From NCBI GenBank assembly GCA_029261035.1, contig JAJDCD010000004.1, positions 132,765 to 196,764 on the forward strand: a DNA stretch of 64,000 nucleotides, in the 5' to 3' direction. The stretch comes from Candidatus Omnitrophota bacterium. GTDB taxonomy: Bacteria; Omnitrophota; Omnitrophia; Omnitrophales; JACROU01. Positions 58,331-64,000 of the stretch are shown one piece after another (positions within the stretch are counted from its first letter, which is position 1; each line of letters starts with the position of its first letter). The notes under the pieces were generated by a model. The model did not search any database. It was given only the letters and a program-made list of their open reading frames with translations, and had not been told where the DNA came from. Both the position numbers and the translations under genes were made by a program.

Positions 58331-59941
58331 ATGAAGAGCTACCGTTTCTTATTCACCCTTCTTTTACTCTACCCCTTTCTCATTCTCACCCTTTCTGCTT
58401 TTCGGCCGGGGCCTGTGAACTCTCCTTTTGTGGAATATCAGGAGCCGGAGTTTTTGACTTATGAGGAGCTTCAGGAGTTGAGTCGGAATCCGGAGCCAAA
58501 TCGGAAGTTGAAGGCTAAGCTTGAGCGATTTTGGAAGACCCCTATTATTAGTAATGAGGCTTATATTCAAGGGATGATGCCTGCTGTGAAGAAAAATCGG
58601 CGTTTGGGCACCTTTATGCGAGTTGCGAGTTGGAATATTGAGAAGTCTCTTAATATTCCAGATGCGATTACTGTGTTTACTTCTCCTGAAAAATTTAAGG
58701 GTTTGATTAACACAGATATTCCTGTGGGTTCTACGGATTATGAATATATTCTTTTGCAGCAAAAACGGTTGATGACTTCGGATGTTGTGATCTTGCAGGA
58801 AATGGATATCGGGGTTAAACGATCGGGTTATAGGAATGCGACTGCCGATTTAGCCAAGGCGATGAATATGAATTACGCCTATGGGCCAGAACAGTTGGAA
58901 GTGGATCCTGTGATTCTGAGTCTTGAGAGTTTAAAGTTTGAAGATGATCGTTTGGATGAGGAAGCTACAAAATACTTTAGAGCCGACCCTGAGAAAGTGA
59001 AAGGGGTTTTTGGGAGTGCTGTTTTGTCTAAGTACCCTATCAAGTCTGCAGAGGTGTTTCAGTTAGAGACTCAGACTTATGATTGGTACTCCGGAGAGAT
59101 AAAGAAAACTACGTTTCTTGAGAAAGGGCGAAGAACGGGTTCGAAGACTGTTTTTAAGAATGAGTTGACGCGTGAGGTTAAGGTTGGCGGGCGAATTTTT
59201 TTTAGAGTGGATTTGTATGTGCCTGAGCTTCCGAATGAGACGTTGACGGTGATTAATGTGCATCTTGAGATTAAGTGTACGCCTAAAGGGCGTGAAATGC
59301 AGATGAAAGAGATTTTGAGTTATATTAAGGATATTAAGAATCCGGTGATTTTGGCTGGGGATTTTAATTCTGCCCCTACCGATTTGAGTCCGACGTCGGT
59401 GACTCGGGTTGTGAAACGGACGGCAAAGAATCCGACGACTTGGCTTTCTGTTGGGATTAATTATTTTACGGCTGAGGGGGCTACGATTAACACTTCCCGC
59501 TTTCTTTCTAATGCGACGAAGAATTTTCAAAATCCTTTGGCGAAGCATATTCCGATTGTGGCTCCGAATGCCGTTAAGGGGTTGTTTGATCGGGTTGAGT
59601 ATTTTCGGTTTAAGGATGATGGGGTTTTTGATTTTCGTGGGAATGGTGAAAGGTCGATGAATGGGAAGGATAAGAAGTTGGCTAATTCGAATGAGAGGGA
59701 TTTGATTGGGTTTAAGACGACGTTTCGTGTGAGACGGCCTATTGGGTTTATTGGGAAGTATCGATTGGATTGGATTTTTGTGAAATCGTTTTTGAAGGAT
59801 GGGAACGATGATTTTGGGTCGTATCGGTTTGCTCCGCATTTTGGGGAGACGCTTGAGGAGATGAATACGAGTTTGGTGAGAGCGGTTTCGGATCATCATC
59901 CGAATGTGGTGGATTTGCCTTTTGAGGAGCCGGGGGTTTAG
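58331..59941 (+). CDS. secreted endonuclease/exonuclease/phosphatase (EEP) family protein
   Basis: Signal peptide and EEP motifs: VASWNIE, ILQEMD, VINVHLE, AGDFNS and SDHHP. GC-rich and G+T-rich coding strand. Antisense ORFs 58364-58762 and 59063-60043 rejected. Confidence 0.65.
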   Translation: MKSYRFLFTLLLLYPFLILTLSAFRPGPVNSPFVEYQEPEFLTYEELQELSRNPEPNRKLKAKLERFWKTPIISNEAYIQGMMPAVKKNRRLGTFMRVASWNIEKSLNIPDAITVFTSPEKFKGLINTDIPVGSTDYEYILLQQKRLMTSDVVILQEMDIGVKRSGYRNATADLAKAMNMNYAYGPEQLEVDPVILSLESLKFEDDRLDEEATKYFRADPEKVKGVFGSAVLSKYPIKSAEVFQLETQTYDWYSGEIKKTTFLEKGRRTGSKTVFKNELTREVKVGGRIFFRVDLYVPELPNETLTVINVHLEIKCTPKGREMQMKEILSYIKDIKNPVILAGDFNSAPTDLSPTSVTRVVKRTAKNPTTWLSVGINYFTAEGATINTSRFLSNATKNFQNPLAKHIPIVAPNAVKGLFDRVEYFRFKDDGVFDFRGNGERSMNGKDKKLANSNERDLIGFKTTFRVRRPIGFIGKYRLDWIFVKSFLKDGNDDFGSYRFAPHFGETLEEMNTSLVRAVSDHHPNVVDLPFEEPGV

Positions 59942-59956
59942 GGAGTAATCGATTGT

Positions 59957-60033
59957 CATTCTGAGGGATTTGGCAAATGCGCCGAAGAATCTTTTTGTCA
60001 GAGATCCTTCACTGCGTTCAGGATGACAGGGGG
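59957..60033 (+). repeat. two-hairpin intergenic element, copy B
   Basis: GTCATTCTGAGG...GAAGAATCT...AGATCCTTCACTGCGTTCAGGATGACA, matching copy A at 49063-49136. Confidence 0.65.
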
Positions 60034-60040
60034 TTATATG

Positions 60041-60220
60041 CACCAGTCTTTGGTCTGCTGGGTTTTCAGTATTAGCAATTTTAAAGATTTTGGGAATATA
60101 TGTACCCGTCTTGGGTCTGCTGGATTTCGAGTATTAGCAATTTTAAAACTTTTGGGAGTATACGCACCCGTCTGGGTCTGCTTGGATGTGTTGTATTAAC
60201 AATTTTAAAGATGTTGATCC
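60041..60220 (+). repeat. three tandem direct repeats of about 62 bp
   Basis: Units at 60041-60104, 60105-60166 and 60167-60220 share CCCGTCTTGGGTCTGCTGG..GTATTAGCAATTTTAAA..TTTTGGGAGTATA at about 80% identity. There are no unique spacers between them. Confidence 0.8.
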
Positions 60221-60399
60221 CATGGGGATTCGGCGCCCTCTGTTCGTTACTTGCTGGTCGCAAGCACTCACTCCGGGTCGGCCACTCGCTTCTCATAAAG
60301 AATTCAACAAATAAAGACCTGACATTGGGTCAGTTCTCTATTTATTTCATCGTGATGTATTTGTCGGCGCTCACTTTGAATTCCCAAGGGAATTCAAAC

Positions 60400-60438
60400 A
60401 TAAAAAAGGCCCAGCTGGTTTTTCAGCTGGGCTTTTTT
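60400..60438 (-). terminator. bidirectional Rho-independent terminator directly 3' of tRNA-Glu
   Basis: GCCCAGCTG-GTTTTT-CAGCTGGGC hairpin with a T8 run on the plus strand and A/T-rich flank on the minus strand. An adjacent perfect palindrome TTGAATTCCC-AA-GGGAATTCAA lies at 60369-60390. Confidence 0.65.
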
Positions 60439-60439
60439 T

Positions 60440-60517
60440 TGGCGTCCCCAAGGGGATTCGAACCCCTGTCGCCAGAATGAAAATCTGGTGTCCTAGGCCT
60501 GACTAGACGATGGGGAC
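60440..60517 (-). tRNA. tRNA-Glu (anticodon TTC)
   Basis: GTCCCCATCGTCTAGTCAGGCCTAGGACACCAGATTTTCATTCTGGCGACAGGGGTTCGAATCCCCTTGGGGACGCCA closely resembles bacterial tRNA-Glu. CCA is encoded. Confidence 0.85.
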
Positions 60518-60581
60518 GCAATTTGTTTGTGCAAAAGAGGGCAAATTATAAACTAATGCTGGGGTTATGTAAATAGCCATT

Positions 60582-61253
60582 TTATGAGCTGCGGGTTACT
60601 CCTATTTTTGGGCAGAATTTTTGCATGGGGCATTGGGTGCATTTGGGGGTTCTGGCTTCGCAGAGGGCGCGGCCGTGGTAGATCATTTCATGACAGAATT
60701 GGGTCCAGCGGGGTTTGGGGATGATTTTCATGAGGTCTTGCTCTACCTTTACTGCTTCCTTATTATACTTTGAGAAGCCGAACCTATAGCTCAAGCGGCC
60801 TATGTGGGTGTCTACTACCATGCCTGGGATGTTGAAGGCGTTGCCTAGGACTACGTTGGCTGTTTTGCGGCCTACGCCTCTTAGTTTGACTAGCTTCTCT
60901 AGTTCGTTGGGTACTTCTCCTCCGTGGAGCTCTAGGATGTCTCTGGAGCAAAATTTGATGGATTTGGCTTTGTTGCGGTAGAAGCCTGTCGACTTTACGG
61001 CTTCTTCTATGTCTGTTAAGGGGGCTTCTGCGAATGCTTTTACTGTTGGGTATTTTTTGAAGAGGCCCGGGGTTACTTTGTTTACTCGGACATCCGTGCA
61101 TTGGGCAGATAAGATGGTGGCAATTAAGAGTTGGAACGGGTTGTTATAGATTAGGGCGCAGTGAGCGTCGGGGTATTCTTTTTTGAGACTGCGTAAGACT
61201 TGGCCTACTCGCTTTTTGAGTTCTTCTTGTTTGGTGCTGGTTTTTTGAGTCAT
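60582..61253 (-). CDS. nth: endonuclease III (DNA glycosylase/AP lyase)
   Basis: HhH-GPD fold with catalytic region LVKLRGVGRKTANVVLGNAF and a 4Fe-4S loop CEARTPKCTQCPMQKFC. GC-rich. The internal ORF 60784-61101 is rejected. Confidence 0.85.
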   Translation of the reverse strand: MTQKTSTKQEELKKRVGQVLRSLKKEYPDAHCALIYNNPFQLLIATILSAQCTDVRVNKVTPGLFKKYPTVKAFAEAPLTDIEEAVKSTGFYRNKAKSIKFCSRDILELHGGEVPNELEKLVKLRGVGRKTANVVLGNAFNIPGMVVDTHIGRLSYRFGFSKYNKEAVKVEQDLMKIIPKPRWTQFCHEMIYHGRALCEARTPKCTQCPMQKFCPKIGVTRSS

Positions 61254-61268
61254 TCGTTTTGGGTAAGT

Positions 61269-61751
61269 TTAGTTACTTTGCTTGTCTGCTTCTTCTTTGA
61301 TCATGATGTTCCACTCTTCCCTTTTAACACGAAGAAGATCACCTAAGGTGTGTTCGTAAGCTTTGTCTTCTGTTGATATCGGCAAGTTACGGAACTCGGA
61401 GTCACAGATGTAACATACTTTGAGGAATTGAAGTTTTTTGTAAAGAATCCAATCGATGAAAGCTGCTACGGCTAAACTAAGACCATAAGTCCAAATGCTG
61501 AGAATGGCTCCTGCAATAAAGATGAGGAGGCCTAGCATTTTGTTGAAATCTTTCACCAAGTAAAAGTCATCGTAACCGCATAAGTGGCATTGAAATTTTT
61601 CTGCTTTTGGGTCTGAGACGAATTTAATTTTGTATTCGCAGTTTCCGCACTGGGTTCCCTCGTTAGGATCATCTACGACCACTTCGTTTTTATATTCACA
61701 AGCAGGACAATAATAACGGAAAATTAAGTCTTCATTTTTTTCTTGGCTCAT
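61269..61751 (-). CDS. zinc-ribbon membrane protein (hypothetical)
   Basis: Start moved to the MSQEK Met. Two CxxC pairs (CPACEY...CGNCEY; CHLCGY) followed by TM helices. Confidence 0.4.
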   Translation of the reverse strand: MSQEKNEDLIFRYYCPACEYKNEVVVDDPNEGTQCGNCEYKIKFVSDPKAEKFQCHLCGYDDFYLVKDFNKMLGLLIFIAGAILSIWTYGLSLAVAAFIDWILYKKLQFLKVCYICDSEFRNLPISTEDKAYEHTLGDLLRVKREEWNIMIKEEADKQSN

Positions 61752-62590
61752 AATGGAAATCCTATCGCTTGAAAGATGTAGTCTGCAAAAAGTTCTCCTA
61801 TAAATACAAAAATACAGGCGACATACAAAATACCTGTCGCCGCTTGATTCGAACGAAGTTTTGCTGTTTCTAAAATCATAAAAGATAAAATCAACGGTCC
61901 TAAAATCCCCCACACCACTCTCATGATGAAAAAGAGACCCAACTCGTTAAAAGACACTGCCCGTAACGGCAACGCATGTGCTTGAGGCCCCAGAAAGAAG
62001 TAGAACATCACAAAGAAAAGAATCAGACTCGCACCACGAATGATAGAAGAGGTTACCAAAGTTTTAGAGGCGTTAATCAAGTAACGAAATGGCAAATTAG
62101 GGGTTACTAAATACCAGTGCCCTAAGATCATCGTTCCGTAACTCCAACCCAACAGAACTGACCCCAACAGCAAAGATGTTCCGCCTAATATTTGAGCAAT
62201 AATAGATAGCTCCCCACTGACACCCATCATCCCTCTAGAAAATACAGTGGCAATCCCAGCAAGTACCGCCACAAACAAAAGGACGCGCGTCATCGTAAAA
62301 GCTTTAAATAAAACAAACAGATAAGAAAGTAAGAACACAGACATAACGATAATCAGCATAGTTTGAAATGTTGGATAATATAATTCAAACACAGCTGAGT
62401 TTGGCGCATTAGGATAGTTCTGTAAATAGTTTCTGAAAAGAAACAAGGAAAACAAAAGAAAGGAAAATGCAAAGAACCCATTGAGCAAATAAAAATTATG
62501 CTTTAATTGTTTGAGAGGCATAAATAACATAAACAATAATATGCCCACACCAAATTGTAAAAAAAACAAACTTGCTATTTGAGATAACAT
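61748..62590 (-). CDS. polytopic integral membrane protein (hypothetical)
   Basis: 280 aa with about 8 hydrophobic helices and no catalytic motifs. Confidence 0.45.
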   Translation of the reverse strand: MLSQIASLFFLQFGVGILLFMLFMPLKQLKHNFYLLNGFFAFSFLLFSLFLFRNYLQNYPNAPNSAVFELYYPTFQTMLIIVMSVFLLSYLFVLFKAFTMTRVLLFVAVLAGIATVFSRGMMGVSGELSIIAQILGGTSLLLGSVLLGWSYGTMILGHWYLVTPNLPFRYLINASKTLVTSSIIRGASLILFFVMFYFFLGPQAHALPLRAVSFNELGLFFIMRVVWGILGPLILSFMILETAKLRSNQAATGILYVACIFVFIGELFADYIFQAIGFPL

Positions 62591-62605
62591 GGGACTTCCT
62601 TTCGG

Positions 62606-62726
62606 TGACTGTCATTGGCCTGCTTTTAGCAGAGCACAGTGACTGTCACCCAAAACTCATTTTAATCACGGTTCAATAATAGTGACAGTCACTTTGCTCT
62701 GCGGTACGCAGGCAAGTGACAGTCAC
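62606..62726. promoter_or_regulatory. array of four GTGAC(A/T)GTCAC palindromes (putative operator sites / large hairpin)
   Basis: Copies at 62606, 62639, 62682 and 62716. Copies 2 and 3 sit inside a longer inverted repeat (GCAGAGCACAGTGACTGTCAC / GTGACAGTCACTTTGCTCTGC). The array lies between the pepA stop and the start of the membrane-protein gene. Confidence 0.55.
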
Positions 62727-64000
62727 TATTTCCAATCTTTAAGTAATTGGCACAGAAGACGAACGCCGGCTCCGGTTGCCCCTACAGGAGTGTATGGATT
62801 TGGACTGTCGGCCCATGCAACACCCGCAATATCTAAATGAACCCAAGGATAATCTGCAACAAAATGTTGCAAGAACTTCCCTGCTGTAATCGTTCCCGCT
62901 AAACCAGAACTTACATTTTGAATGTCACAATATTTACTTTTAATCAGGTCATCATAGTCATCCCACATAGGAAGTTCCCATGTACGCTCACCCGAATCGG
63001 TACCTGCTTTAGTTACCTTAGAACCTAGTTTTGCATTATTAGTCATTAACCCCATGCATTTATCACCAAAAGTGTAAACACACATTCCGGTTAATGTGGC
63101 TAGATCAATAATTGCGTCCGGCTTAAATTTTTGAGCATAGGCTAAAGCATCCGCCAAAATCAAACGTCCTTCAGCATCCGTATTAATTACTTCGATTGTT
63201 TTATTATTGGAAGCCGTAACAATGTCTCCAGGTCTCTGTGCGTTATGGCCTGGCATATTTTCAACACAAGGGGTTATCCCAATGATATGGATCGGTAAAT
63301 TCATTTTACTGATCGCTTTCATGGTTCCGATTACTGCTGCAGCTCCCATCATATCGAATTTCATTTTTTCCATATCTTTTGAGGGTTTAATCGAAATACC
63401 ACCGGTATCGAACGTAACTCCCTTACCCACTAAACAAATGGTCTTCTTCGCATTTTTGGGTTTCTTCTCAAGCACAATCAGGTTTGGTTTATTGATACTG
63501 CCCTGAGCAACACCCAAAAGAGCTCCCATTTTCATTTTCTTGAGATCTGCTTCTTTAAAGACTTTGCAAGTAAGACCCTCTTTCTTTGCCATAGCTTGCG
63601 CTTCTTTTGCTACTTGATCTGGAGTCATCACGTTTGCAGGTTCATTGCCCAGATCTCGAGTAACACACATTGCGTCCGCAACAATAGCTCCATATTCTTT
63701 TCCTTTTTCAGAAAGTTTTTTCTCCCCTGCTTTATCTACAACGTAATCAATCTCTTCTAGAAGAAGTTTTTTGTTCTTAGATTTATCCGAATAATATTTT
63801 CCAAACTTATACTGAGACAGCACCAAAGATTCTGTAATCGATTGAGCAACCCGTTCTATAGACAACCCTTTTCCAGCAAAACTAGGAAGGTAGATCGCAA
63901 CTCTTCTTGTTTTTATTGTTTTAAGCTTTGCAAGTAACCCGGCTACATTTGCCGCCAAACTATGAGCATCCAGTTTCGCTTTACTACCTAAACCTACAAA
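62726..64000 (-). CDS. pepA: leucyl aminopeptidase (M17), N-terminus beyond window end
   Basis: M17 catalytic signature NTDAEGRLILADAL. The reading frame stays open to the window edge. Confidence 0.85.
   Translation of the reverse strand, partial: FVGLGSKAKLDAHSLAANVAGLLAKLKTIKTRRVAIYLPSFAGKGLSIERVAQSITESLVLSQYKFGKYYSDKSKNKKLLLEEIDYVVDKAGEKKLSEKGKEYGAIVADAMCVTRDLGNEPANVMTPDQVAKEAQAMAKKEGLTCKVFKEADLKKMKMGALLGVAQGSINKPNLIVLEKKPKNAKKTICLVGKGVTFDTGGISIKPSKDMEKMKFDMMGAAAVIGTMKAISKMNLPIHIIGITPCVENMPGHNAQRPGDIVTASNNKTIEVINTDAEGRLILADALAYAQKFKPDAIIDLATLTGMCVYTFGDKCMGLMTNNAKLGSKVTKAGTDSGERTWELPMWDDYDDLIKSKYCDIQNVSSGLAGTITAGKFLQHFVADYPWVHLDIAGVAWADSPNPYTPVGATGAGVRLLCQLLKDWK

Noticed and set aside
58364-60043. 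Minus-strand ORFs 58364-58762 and 59063-60043 (R/K/P-rich)
   Set aside because: Antisense to the G+T-rich EEP gene, with no motifs and low-complexity basic translations.
60041-60220. Possible CRISPR array
   Set aside because: Only three units. The units are homologous along their whole length, with no unique spacers. No cas genes are present.
60100-60480. Plus-strand 126-aa ORF
   Set aside because: It spans the tandem repeats, the terminator hairpin and tRNA-Glu.
60784-61101. 105-aa R/P/Q-rich ORF inside nth
   Set aside because: Alternate frame of a well-supported endonuclease III gene.
1-64000. IS elements, integrases, transposases and rRNA genes
   Set aside because: No ORF has DDE or tyrosine-recombinase motifs and no rRNA-like segments were seen. 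The mobile-DNA signal here is limited to small repeats and the composition island.

Overview
The window is about 64 kb from a low-GC bacterium, roughly 35-40% GC judged by eye. Several features suggest an FCB-group or Bacteroidota-like lineage: GldA/GldF/GldG-type ABC genes followed by a DUF4340-like gene, a short sigma-70 that lacks region 1.1, and lysine-rich histone-like tails on several proteins. This lineage call is inference only. About 50 of the roughly 54 protein genes and 3 of the 4 tRNAs lie on the minus strand in one long co-directional block. Most are housekeeping genes. They include proC and yggS; a gldA/F/G-like ABC transporter; tyrS and rpsA; a degenerate cmk-like domain fused to plsC; an aromatic amino-acid cluster (tyrA, a DAHP synthase, hisC, pheA); scpAB and trpS; uppP and the GDP-mannose genes manC and manB; and ppa, gltX, a fused indolepyruvate:ferredoxin oxidoreductase, nadK, dxs, ispA and xseAB. 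The 3' part carries apt, a sigma-70, a pyruvate phosphate dikinase with a lysine-rich N-terminal tail, glyQ/glyS, comEA, nth and pepA. Three regions stand out. First, positions 53.4-61.7 kb are compositionally mosaic. GC-rich, G+T-skewed segments of about 50% GC surround a roughly 29% GC islet and sit next to tRNA-Glu and three tandem 62-bp repeats. The islet encodes a PIN-domain protein, divergently oriented from an 804-aa protein with tandem NDT/TIR-like Rossmannoid domains fused to a P-loop NTPase; together they look like a candidate nucleotide-centric defence module. Second, a 1328-aa apparently secreted protein carries an embedded carbamate-kinase-like domain. Third, a 744-aa secreted Ser/Thr-rich protein is built from about 11 tandem 48-aa repeats, with a degenerate copy of its 3' end downstream. 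The intergenic DNA holds several families of hairpin repeats. One is REP-like, with elements that end in GTCATC/GATGAC. One has a conserved core flanked by covarying outer stems in three operon spacers. One is a (CTNNNCG)x4 heptad array just upstream of four genes. Two tRNAs share a conserved 3' trailer, and four GTGAC-N-GTCAC palindromes sit downstream of pepA. No CRISPR array, rRNA or recognisable IS/transposase gene was found.
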